Assembly (NCBI GenBank): GCA_963708135.1
Contig: OY970192.1
Location: 1,888,001-1,952,000, forward strand
DNA: 64,000 bases
Origin: an uncultured Gemmatimonadales bacterium
GTDB taxonomy: Bacteria; Gemmatimonadota; Gemmatimonadetes; Longimicrobiales; RSA9
Direction: 5' to 3'
Part shown: positions 28,334-38,119 of the stretch, piece by piece
How positions within the stretch are numbered: the stretch's first letter is position 1
Layout of the letters: every line of letters begins with the position of its first letter
Made by a program: the position numbers and the translations under genes
Notes under the pieces: model-generated
Seen by the model: the letters and a program-made list of their open reading frames with translations, nothing else
Database searches by the model: none
What the model was told of the DNA's origin: nothing

Positions 28334-31048
28334 ATGGGTGCATGGCTCAGGCGTTGCGTTCTGGCGGGACTTCTCGGACTCCTCGCGGGCGCCCCCGCCG
28401 CGGCGCAGGCCGGCTCGATCTCGGGCCGGCTCACCGACGCCGGCACGGGGGCGCCGCTCGCGAACGCCCGCGTCGAGGTGCGTGGCCCGGACGGGACGGT
28501 GGTGGGGAGCGCCGTTTCGGCCGAGGACGGCGCCTACCGGGTCAGCGCACTGCCCGCCGGCAGCTATGAGGTCGTGGTGACGATGCTCGGCTACGAGACC
28601 GGGCGGAGGGCGGACGTCCGGGTGAGCGCCGGCCGTGAGACCGTCGTCGCGCTCCAGGTCGCCTCGCTGGCCTATCCGCTCAACCCGGTGATCGTCACCG
28701 CCTCGAAGAAGGCGGAAAAGGCGACGGATGCTCCCGCCACGGTCTCCGTCGTCACGGCCCGCCAGATCGAGGAGCGGCCCGTCGTCACGCCGGTCGATCA
28801 CCTGAGGGAGACGCCCGGCGTCAACATCATCACCGAGGGGCTCCAGGCCTCCAACGTGGTGCTGCGGGGCTTCAACAACATCTTCTCCGGCTCCCTGCAC
28901 ATGCTCACGGACTACCGTATCGCGTCCGTGCCCTCGCTGCGCGTGAACCTGATTCACTTCATCCCGGCCAACGACGAGGACATCGACCACATCGAGGTCG
29001 TGCTCGGGCCCGGCTCCGCGCTGTACGGGCCGAACACCGCCAACGGTGTGCTGCACATCATCACCAAGTCCCCGCTCTCCGAGCAGGGCAGCGTCGTGTC
29101 GGTGGGCGGCGGCGAGCGGAGCGTCTTCCAGGCCGAGTTCCGCACGGCGCAGCTCCTGTCGCCCAACTTCGGCATCAAGGTGTCCGGCCAGTACCTGCGC
29201 GGCGACGACTGGCGCTACACCGACCCGGTGGAGGACACCGCGCGCCAGCACGCGCTCGTCTCGGACCCGGCCACGCGCATCGGGCTGCGCAGCTTCGGCG
29301 TCGAGAAGATCGCCGGAGACGTGCGCGCCGACTGGCGCACGAGCGGCGGCGTGACGACCGTCTTCTCCGCGGGCTGGACGGATGCGGCGCGCGGTATCGA
29401 GCTGACCGGGATCGGCGCCGCGCAGGTGCGCAACTGGCTGAACTCATACTACCAGGTCCGGACCAGCTACGACCGCTTCTTCGGTCAGGTCTACCTGAAC
29501 GCCAGCAACGCCGGCGACACCTATACGCTGCGCGACGGCAACGCGATCATCGACCGCTCGAAGCTGTTCGTCGCTCAGCTCCAGCACGGCCTCGCGATCG
29601 GCACGCGCCAGAGCTTCACCTACGGCGGGGACTACATCCGGACCATGCCCGCCACCGAGGGCACGATCAATGGCAGGAACGAGAACGACGACAACATCGA
29701 CGAGGTCGGGGCCTACCTGCAATCGCGGACCGCGCTCAGCCCGAAGCTCGACCTCGTGCTGGCCGGCCGCGTGGACAAGCACTCCGAGCTCGACCATGCC
29801 GTCTACTCACCGCGCGCGGGGCTCGTCTTCAAGCCCACCGAGACGCAGAGCTTCCGGTTCACCTACAACCGCGCCTTCTCGACGCCGTCCGCGCTGAACC
29901 TGTTCCTCGACATCAACGCCGGCCCGCTCCCCGCCCCGCTCGGAGCCCTCGGCTTCGGCGCACGCGCGCAGGCGCCCGGCCGGCAGGGCTTTCAGTTCGG
30001 CTCGAACGGCGGCTTCGTCATGCGCTCCCCCTTTGCGCCTCAGTCCGCGCTGCCGGTCAGCACGGGCGCCCTGTGGCAGATCGGGATCCCCGTCCTCGCC
30101 GCCCAGGCCACCCTGCCGCCCAGCCTGGTCGCGCTGCTCCGCTCGCTCACGCCCACGAGCGCCGACATCGGCATCTCCTACCTCGACCTGGCCGCCGCCA
30201 TCCAGAAGCTCGAGCCGCTCACCTCCTCGAGCAACTTCGACCTGCCGGGGATCCGCGAATCGGCCACGCAGACCTTCGAGGCCGGATACAAGGGCATCCT
30301 CGCGGACCGGCTCGTCATCGATGCCGACCTCTGGCACTCGCACGAGAGCAACTTCGTCTCGCCGCTCACGCCGCAGACGCCGCTGCTCTTCCTGAACGGC
30401 GCCGACATAGCCCGCTACCTCGTGCCGCAGCTCGTGGAGAAGGCCGGGATGAGCGTGGCCGAGGCCACCGCCACGGCCACGCAGATCGCGCAGGGCCTCG
30501 GCCAGCTGCCGCTCGCCGTCATCACGAGCGACGCCGTCGACTCGCAGCGCGCGGACGTGCTCGTCACCTATCGCAATTTCGGGAAGGTGGACCTCGTCGG
30601 GGGCGACCTGGGGGTGACCGCGCTGCTCTCCGACACCTGGTCCGCGCTGCTGACGGGATCCTTCATCAGCAAGGACTACTTCACGACGCAGGGCGAGAAC
30701 GTCGCCCTCAACGCGCCGAAGTGGAAGGGCACCGCCAGCCTGGCATACCGCGATGAGGGCGCCGGCCTCAACGGCGAGGCACGTGTGCGCTACACCGCGG
30801 GATTCCCGGCCAACTCCGCCACCTACCGGGCCACGGCCTGCCTGGGCGGCGCCGAGAACATCGCCACGGAGCCGTGCGTCAAGGCCTACACGCTCGTCGA
30901 CCTCAGCTTCGGCTACCGCCTCCCCGGCATGCGCGGCGCGAGCCTGCTCGTGAACGTGCAGAACCTGCTGAACACCGGCTACCAGCCCTTCCCCGGCGTG
31001 CCCACCATGGGACGCTTCGCTCTCGCCAGGATCCGCTACGCGTTCTAG
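28334..31048 (+). CDS. TonB-dependent receptor with N-terminal carboxypeptidase-regulatory-like domain
   Basis: Signal peptide, GSISGRLTD.GTGAPL domain, TonB-box-like VIVTAS, plug (IEVVLGPGSALYG.N..NGV..IITK), NLLN..Y and terminal ...RYAF. Confidence 0.93.
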   Translation: MGAWLRRCVLAGLLGLLAGAPAAAQAGSISGRLTDAGTGAPLANARVEVRGPDGTVVGSAVSAEDGAYRVSALPAGSYEVVVTMLGYETGRRADVRVSAGRETVVALQVASLAYPLNPVIVTASKKAEKATDAPATVSVVTARQIEERPVVTPVDHLRETPGVNIITEGLQASNVVLRGFNNIFSGSLHMLTDYRIASVPSLRVNLIHFIPANDEDIDHIEVVLGPGSALYGPNTANGVLHIITKSPLSEQGSVVSVGGGERSVFQAEFRTAQLLSPNFGIKVSGQYLRGDDWRYTDPVEDTARQHALVSDPATRIGLRSFGVEKIAGDVRADWRTSGGVTTVFSAGWTDAARGIELTGIGAAQVRNWLNSYYQVRTSYDRFFGQVYLNASNAGDTYTLRDGNAIIDRSKLFVAQLQHGLAIGTRQSFTYGGDYIRTMPATEGTINGRNENDDNIDEVGAYLQSRTALSPKLDLVLAGRVDKHSELDHAVYSPRAGLVFKPTETQSFRFTYNRAFSTPSALNLFLDINAGPLPAPLGALGFGARAQAPGRQGFQFGSNGGFVMRSPFAPQSALPVSTGALWQIGIPVLAAQATLPPSLVALLRSLTPTSADIGISYLDLAAAIQKLEPLTSSSNFDLPGIRESATQTFEAGYKGILADRLVIDADLWHSHESNFVSPLTPQTPLLFLNGADIARYLVPQLVEKAGMSVAEATATATQIAQGLGQLPLAVITSDAVDSQRADVLVTYRNFGKVDLVGGDLGVTALLSDTWSALLTGSFISKDYFTTQGENVALNAPKWKGTASLAYRDEGAGLNGEARVRYTAGFPANSATYRATACLGGAENIATEPCVKAYTLVDLSFGYRLPGMRGASLLVNVQNLLNTGYQPFPGVPTMGRFALARIRYAF

Positions 31049-31069
31049 GCGAGCGGCACCCGGCGCCGG

Positions 31070-32749
31070 CTAGACCAGCGCACGCCCCGGCGCCGCCTCC
31101 GAGAGGAGCGCCCGGGCGTGCTCCCGGCTCACGGCGCTCTCGGGGTCGCCGCCGAGCATGCGGGCCAGCTCGCGCACGCGTGCCTCGCCGGCCTGCTCCG
31201 TGACCCGCGTGAGCGTGGTCCCGGCGCGCTCGACCTTCTCGACCAGGAGCTGGTGGTCCGCCCGCGCGGCCAGCTGCGCCAGGTGCGTGATCACGAAGAC
31301 CTGGTGCTCGCCCGCCACGCTCCGCAGCCGCTCCGCCACCCGCGCCGCGACGCGGCCCCCGATGCCGACGTCGATCTCGTCGAAGACGAGGGTCGGCACC
31401 CGGTCCAGCCGGGCCAGGATCGTCTTCAGCGCGAGCATGATGCGCGAGAGCTCGCCTCCCGACGCCACCCTCGACAGCGGCCCCGGCGCGAGGCCGGCGT
31501 TCAGGGAGACCCGGAACTCCACCGTCTCGGCCCCGTCGGCGCCGATCCGCTCGGCGGGCTCGAGGGAAACGATGAAGGAGCCCGAGAGGCCGAGCTCGGG
31601 CAGCAGCGCCTCGACCTCCAGCGCGAGCGACGCCGCCGCCACGGCCCGGGCGGAGCTGAGCCGCGCGGCCGCCGCCGCGAGCGCCGCCTCCGCCGCCGCC
31701 GCCTCCCGGTCCAGCGTCTTCCGCTCCAGCGCCGCGCCATCGAGCAAGTCCAGCTCGCGCCGGGCGCGCGCGCCCACCTCCACGACGTCGGACAGCTCCG
31801 GCCCGTACTTCGTCTTCAGCCGGAACAGCAGGTCCTGCCGGCGACGCAGCGCGTCCAGCCTCGTCGGGTCGTGCTCGACTCCGGCCGCGTAATCTCCCAT
31901 CCGCCGGCCGACCTCCTCCACCCCGTAGTAGGCGCTGTCGAGGAGCTCCCGGGCGGCCTCCGGGCCGGCGTCGATACGGAGCAGCTGCTCGAGCCTGCGG
32001 CGCGCCTCCCCGAGCCGCTCCGTGAGCGAGCGGTCCGCCGCATAGAGGGCCTGGTGCAGCTCGCCCGCGATCCGGGCCAGCTCCTCGGCGTGCTCCAGGC
32101 GCCTCGCCTCCTCCTCCAGGCGCGGCTCCTCGCCGAGCTCGATGGCCGCCCGCTCGATCTCCTCGGCCTGGAAGCGCAGAAGATCCACGCGCTGCTCCGC
32201 CTCCCGGCGGCGGGCCTCCAGCTCCTCGAGCGCCGCCCGCGCAGCCCTCGCCCGCGCGTGGGCGTCGCGCACCGTGACCGCCTCTGCCTCGGCCCCTCCG
32301 AACGCGTCCAGGATGGCCCGCTGCGCGTCCGGGGCGAGGAGAGTCTGGCTCTCGTGCTGGCCGTGAAGGTCGATCAGGAGGCGGCCCAGCGTGCCGAGGA
32401 AGGCCGCGGTCGTGGCGGAGCCGTTCACCCAGGCCCGGTTCCGCCCCTCGACCGCCACTTCCCGCCGCAGGATCAGGAGCCCGTCGTCCGCCTCGATCCC
32501 CTGCTCCGCGAGGCGCGCCTCGAGCTCCGGCCGCGCCGCGGCGTCGAACACGCCCTCGACCACGGCCCGGTCCGCGCCGCTGCGCACCACGTCGCTCGTG
32601 GCCCGTTCACCGAGCAGCAGGGAGAGGGCACCCACGATGATCGACTTCCCCGCCCCGGTCTCTCCGGTCAGCACGTTCAGTCCCGGATCGAGGCGCACCG
32701 CAAGGCGCTCGATGACCGCGTAGTTCTGGATCCGGAGCTCGATCAGCAT
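31070..32749 (-). CDS. recN: DNA repair protein RecN
   Basis: LTGETGAGKS Walker A, HGQH, ASGGELSR, FDEIDVGIGG, ITHLAQLA. Confidence 0.97.
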   Translation of the reverse strand: MLIELRIQNYAVIERLAVRLDPGLNVLTGETGAGKSIIVGALSLLLGERATSDVVRSGADRAVVEGVFDAAARPELEARLAEQGIEADDGLLILRREVAVEGRNRAWVNGSATTAAFLGTLGRLLIDLHGQHESQTLLAPDAQRAILDAFGGAEAEAVTVRDAHARARAARAALEELEARRREAEQRVDLLRFQAEEIERAAIELGEEPRLEEEARRLEHAEELARIAGELHQALYAADRSLTERLGEARRRLEQLLRIDAGPEAARELLDSAYYGVEEVGRRMGDYAAGVEHDPTRLDALRRRQDLLFRLKTKYGPELSDVVEVGARARRELDLLDGAALERKTLDREAAAAEAALAAAAARLSSARAVAAASLALEVEALLPELGLSGSFIVSLEPAERIGADGAETVEFRVSLNAGLAPGPLSRVASGGELSRIMLALKTILARLDRVPTLVFDEIDVGIGGRVAARVAERLRSVAGEHQVFVITHLAQLAARADHQLLVEKVERAGTTLTRVTEQAGEARVRELARMLGGDPESAVSREHARALLSEAAPGRALV

Positions 32750-32754
32750 GGCCA

Positions 32755-32793
32755 ACTATACCCGTGCCGTACAGGGCGGTTCAATAGGAGTTC
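32755..32793 (-). promoter_or_regulatory. recN promoter with GTTC-N7-GTTC LexA-type box
   Basis: TTGAAC-N18-TATAGT lies 5 nt before the ATG; GTTC-AATAGGA-GTTC at 32779-32793 overlaps the -35. Confidence 0.65.
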
Positions 32794-32845
32794 AAGACTG
32801 GCGACTCGGGATTCGGGGCAGGCGATCCGGGGCCGGCAGCTCGGA

Positions 32846-33784
32846 TCAATGGCTCGACAGCGGGGTCTCCGGCGCGGCCGCCAATGCGCCGGCGGCGGCG
32901 CCGCGCGCGCCCTGGTCGACCGCCCAGTGGAGCTTTCGGCGCAGCGTGCTGAAGAAGCTCTGGCCGGGAAAGCGGACCAGCCGAACCGGCGACTCGCCTC
33001 GCCGCACCACCAGCCGGTCGCCCGGCTGCAGCGCCGCGCCCTGCTGCCCGTCCACCGTGAGCACCAGCTCCTCCGTGGGCGAGGTCGGCTCGACGGTCAC
33101 GGTCACGTCGGCCGGGAAGATCAGCGGCCGCACCGCCAGGGTGTGCGGGCAGATCGGCGTCGCCAGTATGCATTCCACCCTCGGCACCACGATCGCGCCG
33201 CCCGCGGAGAGCGAGTAGGCGGTGGAGCCGGTCGGGGTGGACAGGATGATGCCGTCGGCGCTGTAGGCGCCCACCTCCTCGCCGTCCGGTCCGACGCGGA
33301 GCGCCAGCCGGACCGTGCGGGCGAAGCCGCCCTTGTGCAGCACCGCATCGTTGAGCGCCACGAAGGAGGTGTGCCGCGCCCCACCGCGACCCTCGACCTG
33401 CGCGTCCAGCGTCATCCGCATGTCGAGCCAGTACTCGCCGGCCAGCAGGCGCGTCAGCGCCGCCTCCAGCTCCGGCGGCGCGATGGATGTGAGGAAGCCG
33501 AGGTAGCCCAGGTTCACCCCGAGCACGGGCGTGTCGTGGGCGACGACGGCGCGCGCTCCGCGCAGCAGCGTGCCGTCCCCGCCGAGCGTCAGCAGCAGGT
33601 CGACCTCGCCCGGCCGCAGCTCCGCATGCCCGGGAAGCACCCTCTCGAGGCCGGCCTCGACGCGCAGCTCCAGCTCGTGCGCCTCCGCGAACCGGGCCAG
33701 GTCGCGCAGCGTCTGCTCCAGCCCGCCGTAGCGCGTCTGGCCGAGCACTCCGATCCGACGGAAGGGAGAGCGGTTCGCCGCCAT
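32846..33784 (-). CDS. nadK: NAD(+) kinase
   Basis: LGGDGTLL, GVNLGYLGFL, ALND, DGIILSTPTGSTAYSLSAGG. Confidence 0.95.
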   Translation of the reverse strand: MAANRSPFRRIGVLGQTRYGGLEQTLRDLARFAEAHELELRVEAGLERVLPGHAELRPGEVDLLLTLGGDGTLLRGARAVVAHDTPVLGVNLGYLGFLTSIAPPELEAALTRLLAGEYWLDMRMTLDAQVEGRGGARHTSFVALNDAVLHKGGFARTVRLALRVGPDGEEVGAYSADGIILSTPTGSTAYSLSAGGAIVVPRVECILATPICPHTLAVRPLIFPADVTVTVEPTSPTEELVLTVDGQQGAALQPGDRLVVRRGESPVRLVRFPGQSFFSTLRRKLHWAVDQGARGAAAGALAAAPETPLSSH

Positions 33785-35703
33785 CAGGCCGTCTCTTTGA
33801 TGCGCTGCCCGGGCGCGCGGTCGAGCAGCGCGCGCGCCCGCGCGGCTATGCCCTCGGGCGTGAGGCCGACCTGCTCCAGCTGCTCGGCCCGGCTGGCGTG
33901 CTCCACGATCCGGTCCGGAACACCCATCACGTCCATGACCAGCTCCGGCCGCTCGGCCCGCTCGGAGGCCGTCACCGCCGCGAGCATGGCCCCGAAGCCG
34001 TTGACCACCGTCCCCTCCTCGATCGTCAGGAGCGCGGTGTGGCGCTCGATCACGCGGGCCAGCGTCTGCTCGTCGAGCGGCTTCAGGAACCGGCAGTTGA
34101 CCACCGTGGCCTCGATCCCCGCGGCCTGGAGCTGCTGCGCGGCCTCGAGCGCCGGCAACACCATCGTGCCCACCGCCAGCAGCGCGAGGTCCCGCCCCTG
34201 CCGGAGCACCTCCCACGTGCCGTACTCGACGGCGGGGATCTCTTCCAGCGGCGGGACCGCGGCCGGAACCGCGTCGCGCGGGTAGCGCAGCGAGAACGGC
34301 CCGTCTCCGCGCTCCACCCCGAGCCGGAGCAGCGCCAGCATCTCGGCGCCATCCTTTGGCGCCGTCACCGTGACGTTCGGCACCGCGAGCAGGTAGGCAA
34401 TGTCGTAGAGGCCCATGTGCGTGGGCCCATCGTTGCCCACCAGCCCGGCACGGTCCATCGCGAAGACCACCGGCAGGCGCTGGATGGCCACGTCGTGGAT
34501 GATCGAGTCGTAGGCCCGCTGCAGAAAGGTCGAGTAGATCGCGGCGACGGGGCGGATCCCCTCCGTCGCGAGCCCGGCCGCGAACGTCACCGCGTGGCCT
34601 TCCGCGATTCCGACGTCGAAGAACCGCGCGGGGTAGGCGTCGCCGAAGGCGCCCGTCCCGGTGCCGCCCGGCATCGCGGCCGTGATGACGGCCAGGTCCC
34701 CGCACCGCTCACCCAGCTCCACCAGGCCACGGCCGAACACGCTCGTGTAGGAGGGCGGCGCGGATTTCTTCTTGGTCATCTCGCCGCTGATCTTGTCGAA
34801 CGGCGTGGCGCCGTGCCACACCACCGGGTTCGCCTCCGCCATCTGGAAGCCTTTCCCCTTCCGCGTCAGCACGTGGATGAGGCGGGGCCCCTTCCAGCCC
34901 TTCACCTTCTCCAGCGTGGAGAGCAGCGCGTCCAGGTCGTGGCCGTCCACCGGCCCGACGTAGCGGAAGCCGAGCTCCTCGAAGAGCGTGCCGGGAACCA
35001 GCAGGTTCTTGATGCTCTCCTCCAGCTTCATGATCCCCGACTCCATCGCGCCCGAGATCCCCGTCGGTCGCCGGTGCAGCAGGTGCTTCACCTCCTCGCG
35101 CATCCGGTTGTACAGCGGATTCGTCACCGCCCGCGTCAGGTAGCGGTGCATCGCGCCGACGTTGCGCGCGATCGACATCTCGTTGTCGTTCAGCACGACG
35201 ATGAGGTCCGTGTCCGTGTTGCCGGCGTTGTTCAGGGCCTCGTAGGCGATCCCGGACGTGAGCGCCCCGTCCCCGATGACCGCCACGACGTCGAAGTCGT
35301 CGTGGCGGAGGTCGCGCGCCGTCGCCATGCCGAGCGCCGCCGAGATCGAGGTGGCCGCGTGGCCCGCGCCGAACGGGTCGTACTCCGACTCGCGGCGGCT
35401 CAGGAACCCCGAGGGGCCGCCCTTCTGCCGGATGCGCGCGAACGCCTCGTTGCGGCCGGTCAGGATCTTGTGCGGATAGCCCTGGTGCCCGACGTCCCAC
35501 ACCAGCTTGTCGCGCGGCGTGTCGAAGACGTAGTGCAGCGCGATGGTGAGCTCCACCACCCCCAGGCCCGGGGCGAAGTGGCCGCCGACCCTGCTGACCA
35601 CGTCCACCATCCGGTCCCGCACCTCCTCGGCGAGCTGCGGCAGCCGGTCCCGCGGGATACGGCGCAGGTCCGCGGGCGAAGCGAGCTGCTCCAGTAGCGA
35701 CAA
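33784..35703 (-). CDS. dxs: 1-deoxy-D-xylulose-5-phosphate synthase
   Basis: WDVGHQGYPHKILTGR, GDGALT, NDN.MSI, IAEGHA, YSTFLQRAYD, DRAGLVG.DG.TH; TTG start after GAGGAGG. Confidence 0.96.
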   Translation of the reverse strand: MSLLEQLASPADLRRIPRDRLPQLAEEVRDRMVDVVSRVGGHFAPGLGVVELTIALHYVFDTPRDKLVWDVGHQGYPHKILTGRNEAFARIRQKGGPSGFLSRRESEYDPFGAGHAATSISAALGMATARDLRHDDFDVVAVIGDGALTSGIAYEALNNAGNTDTDLIVVLNDNEMSIARNVGAMHRYLTRAVTNPLYNRMREEVKHLLHRRPTGISGAMESGIMKLEESIKNLLVPGTLFEELGFRYVGPVDGHDLDALLSTLEKVKGWKGPRLIHVLTRKGKGFQMAEANPVVWHGATPFDKISGEMTKKKSAPPSYTSVFGRGLVELGERCGDLAVITAAMPGGTGTGAFGDAYPARFFDVGIAEGHAVTFAAGLATEGIRPVAAIYSTFLQRAYDSIIHDVAIQRLPVVFAMDRAGLVGNDGPTHMGLYDIAYLLAVPNVTVTAPKDGAEMLALLRLGVERGDGPFSLRYPRDAVPAAVPPLEEIPAVEYGTWEVLRQGRDLALLAVGTMVLPALEAAQQLQAAGIEATVVNCRFLKPLDEQTLARVIERHTALLTIEEGTVVNGFGAMLAAVTASERAERPELVMDVMGVPDRIVEHASRAEQLEQVGLTPEGIAARARALLDRAPGQRIKETA

Positions 35704-35732
35704 GGCGTTCCTCCTCAGCGTTCCCTTCGAGT

Positions 35733-36638
35733 TCAACGCGACCGCCGCGCGGCGTAGCGCGCGAGCGCCTCGAGACGCACGTCCCCGACACCCGCTTGCC
35801 GGAGCGCGGCGACGGCGCGCTCGGCTTCCGCTTCGGCTCGGCGCCGCGCCCCTTCGATCCCGAGCAGCGCCGGAAAGGTGGCCTTCCCGAGCGCCTCGTC
35901 CCGGCCGGCGGCCTTGCCCAGCTCCGTCGGGCTTCCCGTCACGTCCAGGACGTCGTCGGCAACCTGAAAGGCGAGGCCGAGCGCGTGGCCGTACGCCGCC
36001 AGAGCTTCCACCACCTCCGCCGGTGCCCCCGCCGCCATGCCGCCGATGCGGGCAGAAACGGCAAGGAGCGCGCCCGTCTTGGCGCGATGAATGGCCTCGA
36101 GCTGCCCGAGCGCCACCCCCTCCCCCCGCCCCTCCGCGGCCAGGTCCAGCAGCTGCCCGCCGACCATGCCCTTCGCCCCGGCCGCGCCGCACAGCACAAC
36201 CACCAGCGTCACTCGGTCAACCTCGCCCAATCCCAGCACCCGCCCACCCAGCAGCACGGCCCGCACCGCCAGCGGGATCATCGCGGCGCCCGCGAGCACC
36301 GCGCGCCGCTCGTCGTAGCGTCGGTGCGCCGTCGCCCGGCCCCGCCGCAGATCGTCATCGTCCATGCACGGCAGGTCGTCGTGCACGAGCGAGTACGTGT
36401 GGATCAGTTCGAGCGATGCGGCGAGCTCGTAGACCGCCGCTCCGCCGCGCCCCCCGGCCGCGTGGTACGACGTCGCGCACAGGATGGGGCGCAGCCTCTT
36501 GCCCCCAGCATCCAGCGCGTAGCGGATCGGTGCCGCCACGGCCTCGGGCGCGGCAAGCAGCATCCCATCCACGACGCGGCCGAGCGCCGCATTCACCGCG
36601 GTCCGCTCGGCCTCCAGGAACGATTCGAAATCACTCAA
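35733..36638 (-). CDS. ispA: Polyprenyl (farnesyl/geranyl) diphosphate synthase
   Basis: GGKRLRP, SLVHDDLPCMDDDDLRRG, GQLLDL, KTGAL, FQVADDVLD; xseB-ispA-dxs synteny. Confidence 0.92.
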   Translation of the reverse strand: MSDFESFLEAERTAVNAALGRVVDGMLLAAPEAVAAPIRYALDAGGKRLRPILCATSYHAAGGRGGAAVYELAASLELIHTYSLVHDDLPCMDDDDLRRGRATAHRRYDERRAVLAGAAMIPLAVRAVLLGGRVLGLGEVDRVTLVVVLCGAAGAKGMVGGQLLDLAAEGRGEGVALGQLEAIHRAKTGALLAVSARIGGMAAGAPAEVVEALAAYGHALGLAFQVADDVLDVTGSPTELGKAAGRDEALGKATFPALLGIEGARRRAEAEAERAVAALRQAGVGDVRLEALARYAARRSR

Positions 36639-36642
36639 GGCG

Positions 36643-36891
36643 CTACGGCGTCTCGGCCTCGCCCGCCCGCGGCATTGGCTCCACCACCACCTCGCCGCTC
36701 GCCTCCTCCAGCAGCCGCTCGATCCGCAGCTCGCTGTCCCGCAGCAGCTTCTCCGCCGCCCGCAGATGGGTGATCCCTTCCTCGAAGAGCTCGAGCGCAT
36801 CCTCGAGCTCCACGTCCTCGCGCTCGAGCCGGACCACGATCGCGTCCAGCCGTGCCAGCCGCTCCTCCAGGCGGGGAACCTCCTCAGGCAT
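36643..36891 (-). CDS. xseB: Exodeoxyribonuclease VII small subunit
   Basis: LEERLARLDAIVVRLE..DVELEDALELFEEG; located between xseA and ispA. Confidence 0.9.
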   Translation of the reverse strand: MPEEVPRLEERLARLDAIVVRLEREDVELEDALELFEEGITHLRAAEKLLRDSELRIERLLEEASGEVVVEPMPRAGEAETP

Positions 36892-38119
36892 TCCCTTCCT
36901 CCTTGCCGTCCGCCTCGACCTCATCCACCGTGCAGCCGACGGACCCGTCGACGACCCGCAGCCGCAGCCGCTCGCCCGCCGTGAACTCGGCCGCGCCCCG
37001 CAGCACCCGGCCGTCCGCCGCCAGCGGCACCGCGTACCCGCGGCGCAGCGTCGCCAGCGGCGAGAGCGCCTCCAGCCGGCCCGCGGCGAGGCCGAGCCGG
37101 GCGCGGCGCAGCCGCACGGCCTCGCCGGTCGAGGAGCGCAGCGCCTCGGCCAGTCCCTCGAGCGTGGCCCGGCGCGCGGCCGCGCGCCGCACCGTACCCT
37201 GCTCGAGGCGCGAGCGCAGCTGCTCGAGGCGGCCCAGCAGATCGCGCCCGTCCGGCACGGCCCGCTCCGCCGCGGCCGAGGGGGTGGGCGCCCGCGCGTC
37301 CGCCACCAGGTCCGCGATCGTCGTGTCCGTCTCGTGGCCCACCGCGCTGATGACAGGGATCGGGCACGCCGCGATCGCGCGCGCCACGACCTCCTGGTTG
37401 AAGCCCCAGAGGTCCTCGATCGAGCCGCCACCCCGCCCCACGATGAGCACGTCGACGCAGGCCGCGCGGGCGAAGAGCCCGATCGCGCGGGCCACATCGT
37501 CGCCGGCGCCGTCGCCCTGCACCCGCGCCGGGCAGAACACCACGCGCGTCCACGGCGCGCGGCGCTCGATCACGTGCAGGATGTCGTGCAGCGCCGCGCC
37601 AACCGGGGAGGTGATCACACCCACCGCCCGCGGGTGGCGCGGCAGGGCGCGCTTGCGCTCGGCCGCCAGCAGGCCCTCGGCGGCGAGCTTCGCCTTCAGC
37701 CGCTCGAAGGCGAGGCGCCACAGCCCACCCTCCCGCAACCCATCGAGGGCCCGCACCACGAGCTGGAAGTCGCCGCGCCGCTCGTAGAGCGTGACCGAGC
37801 CGAGGGCCCGCACCTCCATACCATCCTCGGGGTCGGCGGGGAGCCGCTGCGCATCGCTCCGCCACATGACGCAGCGCAGCTGTGCCCGCGAGTCCTTGAG
37901 GGAGAAGTAGCAGTGCCCGGAGGTGTGTCGCTTCCAGCCGCTCACCTCGCCGCTGACGAGCACCGGCGGAAGCGTGCTCTCCAGCAGCTCGCGCGCGAAG
38001 GCGTTCAGCGCGGAGACGGTCAGCGTCCGCGGCTCGCCGCCCGGCGCGCGGCCCCAGCCGTCCCGCGGCTCCGGGCCCGCCGGCAGCGGTCCCGGCGGAT
38101 CGAAGAGGTCGAGCGTCAA
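36884..38119 (-). CDS. xseA: Exodeoxyribonuclease VII large subunit
   Basis: SGHCYFSLKD, VITSPVGAALHD, RGGGSIEDLWGFN, SAVGHETD, TPSAAAE. Confidence 0.96.
   Translation of the reverse strand: MTLDLFDPPGPLPAGPEPRDGWGRAPGGEPRTLTVSALNAFARELLESTLPPVLVSGEVSGWKRHTSGHCYFSLKDSRAQLRCVMWRSDAQRLPADPEDGMEVRALGSVTLYERRGDFQLVVRALDGLREGGLWRLAFERLKAKLAAEGLLAAERKRALPRHPRAVGVITSPVGAALHDILHVIERRAPWTRVVFCPARVQGDGAGDDVARAIGLFARAACVDVLIVGRGGGSIEDLWGFNQEVVARAIAACPIPVISAVGHETDTTIADLVADARAPTPSAAAERAVPDGRDLLGRLEQLRSRLEQGTVRRAAARRATLEGLAEALRSSTGEAVRLRRARLGLAAGRLEALSPLATLRRGYAVPLAADGRVLRGAAEFTAGERLRLRVVDGSVGCTVDEVEADGKEEGNA

Noticed and set aside
26846..29251. Apparent 2.4-kb overlap between the 1400-aa and 1013-aa ORFs
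   Set aside because: An artefact of taking the most upstream start. The supported starts are 28334 (+, signal peptide) and 28135 (-, strong SD), giving an ordinary divergent pair.
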